DNA from: Dehalococcoidia bacterium
GTDB lineage: Bacteria; Chloroflexota; Dehalococcoidia; Plut-88900
Length of the DNA: 64,000 nt
Direction: 5' to 3'
Assembly: GCA_965197645.1 (NCBI GenBank)
Contig: OZ240219.1
Location: 2,176,001 to 2,240,000 of the forward strand
This document shows, piece by piece, positions 1 through 9,751 of the stretch. The stretch's first letter is position 1; each line of letters opens with the position of its first letter. The notes below the pieces were generated by a model. The model did not search any database, was not told the origin of the DNA, and saw nothing but the letters and a program-made list of their open reading frames with translations. The position numbers were made by a program, and so were the translations under genes.

Positions 1-1372
1 CTTCCCTCACGATACCCTGTACCGTTCTTCGGCCAATTCTCTTTTCGGCCCTTAAGACCTTTCCTTCCTTCTGATCGAATATCGGTATGAGTGGGAACAC
101 CTTCGAAAACAGCAGCACCATCATCGTCACGAATGCGAAGGAGCCTATCACCAGCAGTATTTCGATTATGCTGGGCCTGTAGGTGCCCCAGGAGAAGGTG
201 AACTCCTGTTTCCGGGCCAACCCCGGCACGATGATCAGCAGCCGCTCCAGCCACATCCCCACGTTGACCAGGACCGAGGTTATCAACATCATCCAGATGT
301 TTCTCCGCACGCTGCGGAATAGCCACATAGGCACGGGTATGAAGAAGGCCGTGATTGCGAACACAATGAACAGGAAGTTCCATGGCCATTCGAAGAAGAG
401 CAGGTTTCTGTAGGCTAGCTCTGCGCTCTCCATACTGTAGATGCTGAACAGGACTTCCAACAGGAAGAAGAAGAACCAGGTGGTGCCTACAATCACCAGC
501 AGCTTGCCGAGAGCGTCGAAGTGCTCCGGGCGTATATAGTTTTCCCACTTGAAGCACCAGCGCAGCAGCACCATCATCGTGACCACCGCCGACACACCCG
601 AGTGGACCGCTCCGATAACGAAGTAGGGGGCGAAGATGGTGGAGTGCCAGCTTGACACAGCCATCGCCATGCCGAAGTCCCATGACACTATGCTGTGCAC
701 CGAGACGAAGACGGGCAGTATCAGCGCCGATAGCAGTATTCCAGCTATGGCCTGGAACCTCCACTGTCGAGGCGTTCCCCTCCAGCCCAGCGATAGCACA
801 CCGAATATCTCCTTCTTAATGCCCGTGCTCCGGTCCCGTATCACTGCGAAGTCCGGGACCAGGGCTATGAATACGAACAGCGATGCTCCGGTCAGGTAGG
901 TGAAGATGGCGCTGGGGTCCCATATCAGGGGGGACCTTACGTTGGGCCATATACCCCGGGCGAAGTCGTAGGGGAAAACCCAGTAGAAGATTCGCCACGG
1001 CCTTCCGGTGTGCATCAGGGGGAAGAGAGCGGCAGTCATCAGCGAAAAGACCGTAAGCACCTCTGCTGCCCTGGTGACCGGTCTTCGCCACTCAGCCTGG
1101 CTCAACCGCAGGATCGATGAGATCATCACCCCGGCGTGGCTGATGCCGACCCAGAAAACGAAGTTGGTTATGAAGAACCCCCACATGACTGGTCGGTTCA
1201 GACCGGTCACGCCGATGCCTTGGTTGACCATGTAGCCGAATGCGCCTCCGGCGGTCGCAACCATCAAAGCACACATGAGTACGACGACAAACCACCACCT
1301 GGGGTGCTTTTCAGTGCCAACCAGAAGCTCATCGTTCATCTGAGCGTCGGTTAGCTGTACTCGTTCTTGCAT
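1..1372 (-). CDS. NrfD/PsrC-family membrane subunit, ActC/QrcD-like (partial, runs off the left edge)
   Basis: Not in the ORF track because there is no stop in the window. Manual translation from ATG 1372: MQERVQLTDAQMNDELL...WGFFITNFVFWVGISHAG...EWRRPVTRAAE...HTGRPWR...SPLIWD, typical ActC motifs; the same frame is open at the left edge. Confidence 0.9.
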   Translation of the reverse strand, partial: MQERVQLTDAQMNDELLVGTEKHPRWWFVVVLMCALMVATAGGAFGYMVNQGIGVTGLNRPVMWGFFITNFVFWVGISHAGVMISSILRLSQAEWRRPVTRAAEVLTVFSLMTAALFPLMHTGRPWRIFYWVFPYDFARGIWPNVRSPLIWDPSAIFTYLTGASLFVFIALVPDFAVIRDRSTGIKKEIFGVLSLGWRGTPRQWRFQAIAGILLSALILPVFVSVHSIVSWDFGMAMAVSSWHSTIFAPYFVIGAVHSGVSAVVTMMVLLRWCFKWENYIRPEHFDALGKLLVIVGTTWFFFFLLEVLFSIYSMESAELAYRNLLFFEWPWNFLFIVFAITAFFIPVPMWLFRSVRRNIWMMLITSVLVNVGMWLERLLIIVPGLARKQEFTFSWGTYRPSIIEILLVIGSFAFVTMMVLLFSKVFPLIPIFDQKEGKVLRAEKRIGRRTVQGIVRE

Positions 1373-1404
1373 TCAGTATCTCCGGTATCGCTTAGCGGCT
1401 ACTG

Positions 1405-2820
1405 TCACTCAGGCTTTGCCAGTACCAGGTATTTCTTGCGCAGGACGGTCCTCACCGTGGTCAGGAGGTGCCCCTCCTTGACCTCCCACATCGAGAGGAC
1501 CGGGATTATCTTGCTGACCACCAGGAACACGAAGAAGGGTATGGCGAGGCCGCCGATAATGATGAGGTAGTCTGGGCCTTCGGGCCAGTTGGTCTGGAAG
1601 TAGTGAGGCACATCGAATCCCGTCGTCGGCCGTACTTCTCCAAAGGTGTGGTGGCTGGCTATCTCCGCATCGGTGAAGGAGAAGGTGGCCACGTACAGGC
1701 GGATCTTGTCGAAGAAAGCTCCTACGAGAATCACCGCCGATGCTATGGCCGGTCCCTTGACGCTCCGGCGTACCGAGTTCCACATCAGGATCAGGAAGGG
1801 AACGGCAAAGCTGAGGAAGATTCCCAGGTAGAAGGCCACCCTGTAGGGACCGATCATCAGCAGCTGGAGTATGTTCTGCTCTTCCGGCTTACGGCCGTAC
1901 CAGAAGGTGACGAACCCTGCGAACCAGAAGTAGAACCACAGCAGGGTGAGAGCGATAAGTATCTTGCTCAGCGCCCAGAACTGCTCCATGAAGATATATT
2001 TATCGTAGCCGCCCAGGTATCGGACCAGAATGAGGGTCACCAGCACCGTGGCGATACCGGTCTGAAGCCCGGTCAAGGCCTGGAAGGCTGGGAATATGGC
2101 GTCCAGCCAGCCGGGCACCAGGCTCATACCGAACTCGGAAGAGACCACGAAATGGGCGTAAATCAGCAACAGGAAGTAGAGTCCGCCCAGCATACCCTGG
2201 CCCGCTTTCAACACGGGCCACTGGTGGGGCGTGCCCTTCCATCCGGTTGACATAAGTCGTGCTATGCGGCCCCTGATGCCCGTGGTCTTCTTCGACATCG
2301 TGGCCATATCGGGAATGGAGGAGACCCACAGCAACGCCAGTCCACACAATACCAGGAATCCCATTGCCAGCAGGTCCAGGAGCTTGGGAGCTCCCCACGG
2401 CCATTCGAACCAGATGGTCCGCCGGCCCTCGAGGGGTGGCAGGGTCCATAGCAGCGGAATGAACATCAGGAAGTTGACCACGCCCACAGCAGCGAACAAC
2501 TCCGATATCCTGGCCAGGGGACGGCGCCAGTGGGTCTTGGCCATCCTCATTGTGATGGATACCAGCAGGGCGCTCTGGGTGGTGGTGAACAGGAAGACGT
2601 AGATAGCGGCGTAGTAGCCCCAGTTGGTCCTGTCCCCGAAGCCGTCCAGGGCTTTGATGATAAAGCCGACGACTCCCAGGGCCACCAGGATGCCAAAGAT
2701 CCCAACCGCCGTCCTGTAGGCAGAGCCTACAGAGAGGGTGCGGCTGATGACATCCTCGTTGACCTCCCCGTCGGTGGGAGGGGTTTCGAGGTATTGGGAC
2801 TCGTGCTCCTCGCTAGCCAT
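1405..2820 (-). CDS. Second NrfD-family polytopic membrane protein (ActF-like, degenerate)
   Basis: About 10 hydrophobic segments; WRRPLARISE and GW..AIFP motifs; lacks the SHAG and HxGRP motifs of the neighbouring paralog. Confidence 0.8.
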   Translation of the reverse strand: MASEEHESQYLETPPTDGEVNEDVISRTLSVGSAYRTAVGIFGILVALGVVGFIIKALDGFGDRTNWGYYAAIYVFLFTTTQSALLVSITMRMAKTHWRRPLARISELFAAVGVVNFLMFIPLLWTLPPLEGRRTIWFEWPWGAPKLLDLLAMGFLVLCGLALLWVSSIPDMATMSKKTTGIRGRIARLMSTGWKGTPHQWPVLKAGQGMLGGLYFLLLIYAHFVVSSEFGMSLVPGWLDAIFPAFQALTGLQTGIATVLVTLILVRYLGGYDKYIFMEQFWALSKILIALTLLWFYFWFAGFVTFWYGRKPEEQNILQLLMIGPYRVAFYLGIFLSFAVPFLILMWNSVRRSVKGPAIASAVILVGAFFDKIRLYVATFSFTDAEIASHHTFGEVRPTTGFDVPHYFQTNWPEGPDYLIIIGGLAIPFFVFLVVSKIIPVLSMWEVKEGHLLTTVRTVLRKKYLVLAKPE

Positions 2821-3523
2821 GCGCCTCGACTTTCTTCAGATATACCACGTTGGGTTCCGTGCCCAGCTTCTCGAGCAGCTTGTAGTGCCGATCATCCTTG
2901 GCCAGTTTGGCCACTTTGCTCTTCTTATCGTTGATATCCCCGAAGACCAGAGCGTCGGTGGGGCAGGTCTGGACACAGGCGGGCTGAAGCTCGCCGTCCT
3001 CCAGGTCCCGGCCGTCCTTCTCTATCTCCTGCTCCTTCCGCCTGATCCTCTGCACGCAGAAGGTGCATTTCTCCATGATTCCCCGGGTTCGGACAGTGAC
3101 GTCCGGGTTCAACTGGTTCTCCAGCGAGTCGGGCCACTCGGGCTCCCAGAAATTGAAGAAGCGGACGTTGTACGGATCGTTGTTGGCGCAGTAACGGGTA
3201 CCCACGCAGCGGTTGTAGACCTGTACGTTAAGCCCCTCGTTGTTGTGGTAGGTGGCGTAGACGGGGCAGACCGGTTCGCACGGGGCATTATCGCACTGCT
3301 GACACATGATCGGCAGGAACCTCGCCTTGACGTTGGGGAACTCGCCCTCCCAGTAGCGTTCAATCCGTATCCACTCTATGGCCCGCCGCTGGTGGAAGTG
3401 GTCTTCGTCGTTGATCGGGATGTTGTTCTCCGCTTGGCATGCCACTACGCAGGCCTGGCAGCCGGTACAGCGGTCGTTGTCCACCACCATCGTCCATTTG
3501 CGATTATCTTCCTGCTTGGACAA
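2813..3523 (-). CDS. 4Fe-4S dicluster protein (NrfC/DmsB/QrcC/ActB2-like)
   Basis: CTGCQACVVAC, CQQCDNAPCEPVCP, CVGTRYCANN, EKCTFC...PACVQTCP motifs. Confidence 0.92.
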   Translation of the reverse strand: MSKQEDNRKWTMVVDNDRCTGCQACVVACQAENNIPINDEDHFHQRRAIEWIRIERYWEGEFPNVKARFLPIMCQQCDNAPCEPVCPVYATYHNNEGLNVQVYNRCVGTRYCANNDPYNVRFFNFWEPEWPDSLENQLNPDVTVRTRGIMEKCTFCVQRIRRKEQEIEKDGRDLEDGELQPACVQTCPTDALVFGDINDKKSKVAKLAKDDRHYKLLEKLGTEPNVVYLKKVEAHG

Positions 3524-3534
3524 ATCAGTCCTCC

Positions 3535-5787
3535 TCAGTGGCTCTCGCCTGACCCGCCGTTACTCTCTTGGATTTGTATCAGATCGGTTTCCGGCGCCGG
3601 CAGGGCGACCACCGTACCCTCGAACTTGGGCAGGGTTCTCTCTTTGCTCGTCTTCGTTACCCGGACCTTGGTCGCATTCCAGGCCAGTGTCCCCGTGTGT
3701 ACGTCTACGAAGGGGGCGAGAATGGATATTGGGTTGGTGCCCCTATTCTCGGCGTAGCGGCCCATGCCTTGGTGTCCCTGTCCCACCGGCATGCTGACGG
3801 TACCCGGGGGGCTCCCCGGGTTCACGTAGGCCGGCGCCTCCAACGAGCCGTGTAAAGAGCGGATTTCTACTATATCGTTGGTCTTGACGGACAGCCGTTC
3901 CGCGTCGGCCATGCTGAGGTCCACCCACGTATCCCATACCACGGTGGTAATCGGGTCTGGGGTGGCCTGCAGCCAGGGCAGGCTGGCACCGCGACCGTCA
4001 GTCAATGCCAAGCTCTGGTAAAGGACCAGGTTGAACTCCTTATCTCCGGGGGCGCTCTCGAACGCCGGGCTTATCGCCTTCTGGGGCAGCTCGGCGAGAT
4101 TGACCTCTTTGCTCGGCTTGGAGTCCAGATCGTACCAGACGCCCCTCCGAAGCAACCCAAGCCAGAAGGTCTCGAAGTCTCCGGACTGGACAGAGCCTCT
4201 ATTCAACGCCTGGAGCTCCCTGGCTCCCTCTCGCAACGCATCCTTGAACGTGTTCCAGGGCAGCGCCGATGCCGCCCGCCCGCCCAGCTGCTTTGCAACC
4301 GCTATCAACTCGTCCCCAAAGGCGCTGGTGTTATAGAACTGCTTCACAGCCGGCTGTTGGTAGCTGACTGTTTCGTAGCCGGGGCCCGGTTCGGGGACGT
4401 CGTCGCCCCAGGACTCCAGGTAGGTGTGGTCCGGCATTATCAGGTCTGCCTGGGCCGTGGTCTCATCCATGAAACTGGAGAAGCTGGCGATGAATTCTAC
4501 GTTGGAAAGCGCATCCGGAAGCCCGACTTTGGCGGGTAGTCCGTAGACCGGGTTTGCTCCCCGGACCATCATCAGCTTGATATTGCCGTCCCTCATCCCG
4601 TCGACGATCCCCTGCCAGTCTTTGAACGTCGTGGGCGGTGGTTTGTCCATTCCAGACAACGGAGGCTCGGGATTGAAGTACATCCCACCCTTCTTGCCTA
4701 CGCTTCCAACCAGGGTGTTCAGGGCGTAAATCGCCATCAGGTTGAAGGTGCCGTTGGTATGGGCCGCCGCCGAGTTGCCGCCGATGGCGAGGCTGGGTTG
4801 GTTATGGGCGAAATCGCGGGCCAAACTCACGATCTTGGACGAACTGACGCCGATCTCATCGGCTACGGTGTTAGGATCGAAGGCCTGCAGCCGCTCGACC
4901 CCTTCGCCTTTGGTCATTGCACTTGCAGCCGCCGAATCGCCCAGTCCTTCATCCACGATGACGTGAGCCATGCTCAGTGCCAGGAGTCCCTCCATGCCGG
5001 GATTTACGTACACCCACTCGTCAGCGTTGGCCGCCGTCATGGAGAACCGGCTGTCCACCGCTACTATGGACGGGTCACCGTCCTTACCCTGCTGCATGGC
5101 GCCGTAGCCCCTGTTGTAGCGCACCGTAGAGAGCCAGGTCTCCAGCATGTCCGCTCCGAAGGACAGAAGGTATCTGGTGTTTTCCAGATCGAACTCGGGC
5201 AGGCGTTCCTCGTTGTAAAGCTCCTTCATCGCCCCCCGGAGGTTGGTGGTCCGCTCCATAGTCTCGTAGGCAGCGTATCGAGAGCCCACGCCGTCGGCGA
5301 ACCGTCTGGCTACTTTGGCCAGCTGACCCCGTAACGGCTCGGTGACCAGGAGCATCTGGCCTCGGGCGAACCGTCCTATCTGAGCGGCCAGATCCCGTCG
5401 GGCCTGGTCCCACGAGATATCTTCGTATTCGCCCGAACCCCTGGCTCCAACGAGGCGCTTCGGCCCGTTTATCCGGTCGGGATGATACAGCGCCTGAAGT
5501 CCGGCATGGCCTCGCACGCAGAGCTTGCCGCGGCTTATGGGATGGTTGGGGTTGCCCTCGATCTTCTTGGCCCGGCCCTCCATGACGCGGGTTACGATGC
5601 CGCATCCGGCAGGGCACTGGCCGCAGGTGCTGGCGTACCAATTGTCGGTGCCGCTGACCAAGTCTTCGGGCAACTCGACCGGGCTCTGTACCAGTATCTC
5701 CCTGTCCGCGAAGCCGCACGCCTTGAAGATCACCGCCCCGAGGGAGGAGATTCCGGCCAACTTTAGAAACTGTCGTCGCGAAGGCAC
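3535..5787 (-). CDS. Molybdopterin-oxidoreductase-family subunit (QrcB/ActB1-like) with Tat lipoprotein signal
   Basis: SRRQFLK Tat motif followed by FKAC; CGQCPAGC...KLC FS0 motif; C-terminal molydop-binding domain. Confidence 0.9.
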   Translation of the reverse strand: MPSRRQFLKLAGISSLGAVIFKACGFADREILVQSPVELPEDLVSGTDNWYASTCGQCPAGCGIVTRVMEGRAKKIEGNPNHPISRGKLCVRGHAGLQALYHPDRINGPKRLVGARGSGEYEDISWDQARRDLAAQIGRFARGQMLLVTEPLRGQLAKVARRFADGVGSRYAAYETMERTTNLRGAMKELYNEERLPEFDLENTRYLLSFGADMLETWLSTVRYNRGYGAMQQGKDGDPSIVAVDSRFSMTAANADEWVYVNPGMEGLLALSMAHVIVDEGLGDSAAASAMTKGEGVERLQAFDPNTVADEIGVSSSKIVSLARDFAHNQPSLAIGGNSAAAHTNGTFNLMAIYALNTLVGSVGKKGGMYFNPEPPLSGMDKPPPTTFKDWQGIVDGMRDGNIKLMMVRGANPVYGLPAKVGLPDALSNVEFIASFSSFMDETTAQADLIMPDHTYLESWGDDVPEPGPGYETVSYQQPAVKQFYNTSAFGDELIAVAKQLGGRAASALPWNTFKDALREGARELQALNRGSVQSGDFETFWLGLLRRGVWYDLDSKPSKEVNLAELPQKAISPAFESAPGDKEFNLVLYQSLALTDGRGASLPWLQATPDPITTVVWDTWVDLSMADAERLSVKTNDIVEIRSLHGSLEAPAYVNPGSPPGTVSMPVGQGHQGMGRYAENRGTNPISILAPFVDVHTGTLAWNATKVRVTKTSKERTLPKFEGTVVALPAPETDLIQIQESNGGSGESH

Positions 5788-5862
5788 TCTATTTTCCCGT
5801 TACAACTAGTCCGTAGCTAAACGCTCGACATAACTGATGTTTTCTCGACATAACAATCATGA

Positions 5863-6423
5863 TTAGTAGTGGCAGACCACGCAGTCCGTAGGTGCATTGT
5901 TGGCCCTATGACAGTCCACGCAGTCGCCCATCTTGAGGTCTCTAACCTGCTCTACCACGGCCATCCCTCCCACGTCGCCATGACACTCGGAACACGGGAT
6001 TCCGGCCGTAATGTGGGGCTGGTGTGTAAATTGCACGTGATCGGGAAGCCTGTGCACCCGCTTCCAGTCCACCGGAGTCCCGGTATCGAAGAAGTTGCGC
6101 AGCTTGGCCAACTCGGGGCTCTCCGCCCTTATGAAATCGCCGTCCCCCAGGTCCTTGTGGCAGAACAGGCACTGCTCCAGGGCGGGTATGGAAGCTGCTT
6201 CCTGGTCCTCGACGGTACGGTGGCAGAAGGTGCACTCTATCCCTACTGTTTCCACGTGGGTAGCGTGGGAGAAGGCTATAGGCTGCGTGGGACCTTCCCC
6301 CATACCGAACACCTGGAATGGCGTGGTGAACACCGCTCTAACGAAGAATACGGCGGCTAGAACGAGGACTACAGTAACACAAAGGCCAAAGAGGGGAGCG
6401 GTTATTTTGACGATTGTCGGCAT
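5863..6423 (-). CDS. Membrane-anchored pentaheme cytochrome c (ActA/QrcA-like)
   Basis: Five CxxCH motifs (CTFCH, CLFCH, CSECH, CVDCH, CVVCH); N-terminal TM helix; QPIAFSH and LPDHVQFTH motifs. Confidence 0.92.
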   Translation of the reverse strand: MPTIVKITAPLFGLCVTVVLVLAAVFFVRAVFTTPFQVFGMGEGPTQPIAFSHATHVETVGIECTFCHRTVEDQEAASIPALEQCLFCHKDLGDGDFIRAESPELAKLRNFFDTGTPVDWKRVHRLPDHVQFTHQPHITAGIPCSECHGDVGGMAVVEQVRDLKMGDCVDCHRANNAPTDCVVCHY

Positions 6424-6497
6424 CTGCTACTGATGAGTTGAGATCTGGATGCTATCCGACTCCTGCAAGCTCATCCCACATGGACCTGGTCTCTCGC

Positions 6498-6791
6498 CTA
6501 TAACCACCATCTGGAATAGATGTCTCCCCAGGAGCCGTGAGCGTTGAGACCGATGTAGATAAGGAAGGACGCGATACCGGCGAGGGCTGCCAGCGCCACC
6601 ATATAGAACAGCGGCCGTGCCTTGTTGAAATCTTCCGGAATGTGGCCCGAGGCCACCAGGGAGGGAATCAGGGCGTGGGCTATCAACATGTTCAGGGCGA
6701 AGAGGATGGCTAAGCCGGGTACGAACAGCAATCCGAAAAGGAAGTCCCCAATGTCCGACCAGTTTCCTCTGGTAATGAAATCAGGGTCCAC
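6498..6791 (-). CDS. Small two-TM membrane protein, first gene of the respiratory operon
   Basis: Two hydrophobic helices; AGAGG upstream of the GTG start; co-oriented with the cytochrome gene. Confidence 0.7.
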   Translation of the reverse strand: MDPDFITRGNWSDIGDFLFGLLFVPGLAILFALNMLIAHALIPSLVASGHIPEDFNKARPLFYMVALAALAGIASFLIYIGLNAHGSWGDIYSRWWL

Positions 6792-7022
6792 TATTTGCCT
6801 CTTTTTGTAGCTGGCGCCAAGATTGTGAAGAGATTATCATATGAAAAATGCCATTGCAAGGGTTTTTAGAGCCAAGTCCACTCACTAATTTAAATCCCCA
6901 TGGCATGACCCGGCGAGTAGGGCAGGGGAGAGGGTGAGCGACTTGCAATCTAACTACCCCGGAGATAGTATGAGCGCCGAACTCGGCTGTATACAGGTAG
7001 ACCCGGGAGATTTGAGCAGACC

Positions 7023-7247
7023 ATGAGCGATGACTGGAACAGACGCAGCTTCCTGAAAAAACTGGGATTCGGGCTGGGGGGACTGCTGGCCTTCGGCGGC
7101 CTGGCCGGATGGCTTCAATCCGGGTCCAAGAGCGGCCCTTCATTCCTGTTCAGACGCAAGTCCGCAACGACGGGGCCCCTTAGCGAGGACTCCATATTCT
7201 ACCCTCGAGACCCTGAAATCCGAGCCAAAATGAAGGATTCGGTCTAG
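7023..7247 (+). CDS. Small protein with twin-arginine signal-like N-terminus
   Basis: WNRRSFLKK followed by a hydrophobic stretch; followed by a terminator hairpin. Confidence 0.7.
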   Translation: MSDDWNRRSFLKKLGFGLGGLLAFGGLAGWLQSGSKSGPSFLFRRKSATTGPLSEDSIFYPRDPEIRAKMKDSV

Positions 7248-7284
7248 AGCTTCCGGACTGAGCTCTGTCCCGATCCAGACAAAG

Positions 7285-7317
7285 ACAAAGAGCCCGATGG
7301 CGGTTCGGGCTCTTTGT
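7285..7317. terminator. Bidirectional intrinsic terminator
   Basis: 13-bp stem ACAAAGAGCCCGA/TCGGGCTCTTTGT between convergent genes. Confidence 0.75.
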
Positions 7318-7373
7318 AGAGAGGGGAAGAGGAGGGGAGAGAGAGGGGATTGGGATGTTATGAAGGGTGGTTG

Positions 7374-8123
7374 TCAGTGGGCAGGCTGCTTTTTCACTTG
7401 GGGCAACCTGAAGCTGAGTTGACGGCCTGAGGACTTCCTCGAGGTCAGACTCTCAACTATATCGTTACGAATCTCCCGGTACAGTCGCGGCGCTCGGCGC
7501 TTAAACTCCTCTATACGCTCCCTCAAGATGAGGGAGGCCTGCCGTGCGGCTCGGACCTTGAGCTGGTTCCTGACCCAGATGGTCTTCGTATCCGGGCCCA
7601 TACCCATTCGAGCCAGCAACCCGCCCAGACCCGTCTTCGGCCATTCCTGCCTGAAGATGTATCCATAGGCCTTCGCTTCCCGCTGGCCTATGCTGCTGAC
7701 CAGCGTCCACGGGTTGCTGGAGTGTTTCTCTACGAACTTACCGATTACCTCCTGCACCTGGGCGTGGGCATTGGAAACACACTCGAAGAGATCCACCGCC
7801 AGTCCGGCCCCGAGCACCTGAGGCACTTTCTTGGTTATCCATATGCCTCCGTTGTCCAGGTCCTGCCGGGTAGGGGCAGCGGGATTCATCTCGATGTATC
7901 CTCGGCTCTGCAGTTCAACCAGGCTGGCGAGAAGAATCGTAACGGTCCGGCTTTCCTCGCTCGACGGGGAGTCGTTTCCGATGATGTACAGTAGGAGGGC
8001 CGGATGTTCGTACGCCAAGCGGCGCAACGCGCCCTTGTTGAACGTGGCATTAGATGGATTGTGGTTCCGCACCTGCAACTGATCTTGCTCCTTGTTCCTT
8101 TTGGTTGCCGTAGCTACCTTCAT
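7374..8123 (-). CDS. Hypothetical protein downstream of ftsZ (weak GPP34/GOLPH3-like resemblance)
   Basis: Long ORF; GGAGG 7 nt before ATG 8123 (MKVATATKR); motif LLASLVELQSRGYI. Confidence 0.65.
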   Translation of the reverse strand: MKVATATKRNKEQDQLQVRNHNPSNATFNKGALRRLAYEHPALLLYIIGNDSPSSEESRTVTILLASLVELQSRGYIEMNPAAPTRQDLDNGGIWITKKVPQVLGAGLAVDLFECVSNAHAQVQEVIGKFVEKHSSNPWTLVSSIGQREAKAYGYIFRQEWPKTGLGGLLARMGMGPDTKTIWVRNQLKVRAARQASLILRERIEEFKRRAPRLYREIRNDIVESLTSRKSSGRQLSFRLPQVKKQPAH

Positions 8124-8420
8124 GACTTGCTCCTCCCAAAGTCTCCGTCCGAATTTCCCGGCGTGGGCCCCTGGATTGCCACCTCCTATAGGCCCGCTCC
8201 CGATGTAGGTCCTCAAGTGCTTATCGGGTAACACCGGTGTTTCACCCGGATCTGTGCATCTGGTTCTTGTCCCTCAACCAGGGGCCTGTTGGCCCTGGAA
8301 CAGGCCCTTCGGCCCCTGGTCTATCAACCACCTCCTGGTGAATTTCCTCGATCTTTCTATCGGCTGATGAATTTGGCTGGGCTTGTCGAGAGCCCCGTGA
8401 CTAGCCTGTACGTTGCTCGT

Positions 8421-9533
8421 CTACAGGTCAAAAGCATCGGGATCGAAGCTCTGTTGTTTCCTGGACAGGGCTGAAGGGGCCCTCACCCTGAACTGGACAC
8501 CGGGCATGAACTGGGACATCTTGCCCTTGATGTTGCTGAGAACGCCATCGTTTTGAAGGCCCGTAGCGATCATCGTAAGCTTCACCATGTCGCCCAGCTC
8601 GTTGTCGATCGACATTCCGAAGAATATCGTGGCGTCCTTTCGAACGGTTTTATTTATCAGGTCACCTGCTGCGTTGACGCCACCCAGGGTTAGGTCTTCT
8701 CCTCCTTTTACCGAAAACAGGACTCCTCGGGCACCCTTGATCGACAAGTTGAGTAGGGGGTTGGTTATCGCCTGGCGGGCAGCCTCGAGAGCTCCCATGT
8801 TGCCCCGGCCTACGCCCATGGCCATCAGTGCTCCGCCCGGGTAGGCCATAATCGTCTTGACGTCTGCGAAATCTACGTTGATCTCGCCGGGGACGTTAAC
8901 CAGCTCGGAGACGCTCATGATCCCCTGGGTTACCACTTCGTCTGCGGTGCGGAACGCCTCGGACATGCCGGCTTCGTGGTCCACAAAGTGGAGGAGCCGG
9001 TCATTGTGTATCACTATCAGATTGTCTACGTGGTTTCGGAAGCGGGCCACGCCGGCTATGGCCTGGCTCAGCCGCCGATCGCCTTCAAAGCTGAAAGGCG
9101 TAGTAACGACACCCACCACCAAGGCTCCCATGCTCCTGGTTATCTCGGCTACTGCGGGAGCGGCGCCGGTCCCGGTGCCGCCGCCCATGCCGGCGGTAAT
9201 GAACACCAGCTCGGCGTCCTTCAGAGCCTTTCTCAACAAGGTCGAGGACTCCTCTGCAGCCCTGGCGCCGACTCGGGAATCCCCGCCGGCGCCCCATCCA
9301 TGGGTCAGGTTCTCACCTATCTGCAGTACGGTGGCGCCGTGGCTCACCGACTCCAACGACTTGATGTCGGTGTTCACAACGACGAACTCGACGCCCGGTA
9401 CATCGTGGGAGAGCATTCGGCGGACACAGTTGCACCCGCCACCGCCAACCCCTATTACCTTAATCCTCGCGGGCGCTCGCTCTACGGCGAGCTTGGAAAT
9501 CGCTTTGCTTTGTAACAACTGCTCTACTACCAA
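8421..9533 (-). CDS. ftsZ: FtsZ-family tubulin-like GTPase (stand-alone paralog)
   Basis: GVGGGGCN, GWGAG, GMGGGTGTG, PFSFEG and NVDFAD motifs; AAGGAG before the TTG start. Confidence 0.95.
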   Translation of the reverse strand: MVVEQLLQSKAISKLAVERAPARIKVIGVGGGGCNCVRRMLSHDVPGVEFVVVNTDIKSLESVSHGATVLQIGENLTHGWGAGGDSRVGARAAEESSTLLRKALKDAELVFITAGMGGGTGTGAAPAVAEITRSMGALVVGVVTTPFSFEGDRRLSQAIAGVARFRNHVDNLIVIHNDRLLHFVDHEAGMSEAFRTADEVVTQGIMSVSELVNVPGEINVDFADVKTIMAYPGGALMAMGVGRGNMGALEAARQAITNPLLNLSIKGARGVLFSVKGGEDLTLGGVNAAGDLINKTVRKDATIFFGMSIDNELGDMVKLTMIATGLQNDGVLSNIKGKMSQFMPGVQFRVRAPSALSRKQQSFDPDAFDL

Positions 9534-9724
9534 TTTCCACTCCTTCCTTCTGTGATGTTTTCCCTAGTGCCCACTAACCTAACGGACAATCGCAGATGGG
9601 TCGTGGACAATGGGCCTCCACTGAAAACTGGGACATTGAGCCGTAATTCAGCCAATACCACAAATCCTTTGCCGTAAGAAATACGGATATGTCCATAAAC
9701 ATCCTTAACAATAGGCTACAAGCG

Positions 9725-9733
9725 TGATATAAT
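9725..9733 (+). promoter_or_regulatory. Extended -10 promoter (TGnTATAAT) for the DUF5343-like gene
   Basis: TGATATAAT about 20 nt upstream of ATG 9752. Confidence 0.55.
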
Positions 9734-9751
9734 GGACATGGACTCACCGTT

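Noticed and set aside
5824-5854. Direct repeat CTCGACATAAC twice in the intergenic gap
   Set aside because: Only two short copies with no further support for a function.
6823-6840. Rex/CRP-like site TTGTGAAGAGATTATCAT upstream of the respiratory operon
   Set aside because: Only one half-site matches; too weak to call.
8277-8320. Branched GC hairpin after ftsZ as a terminator or ncRNA
   Set aside because: No clear U-tract and no recognisable RNA family; could be an mRNA stability element but this is unsupported.
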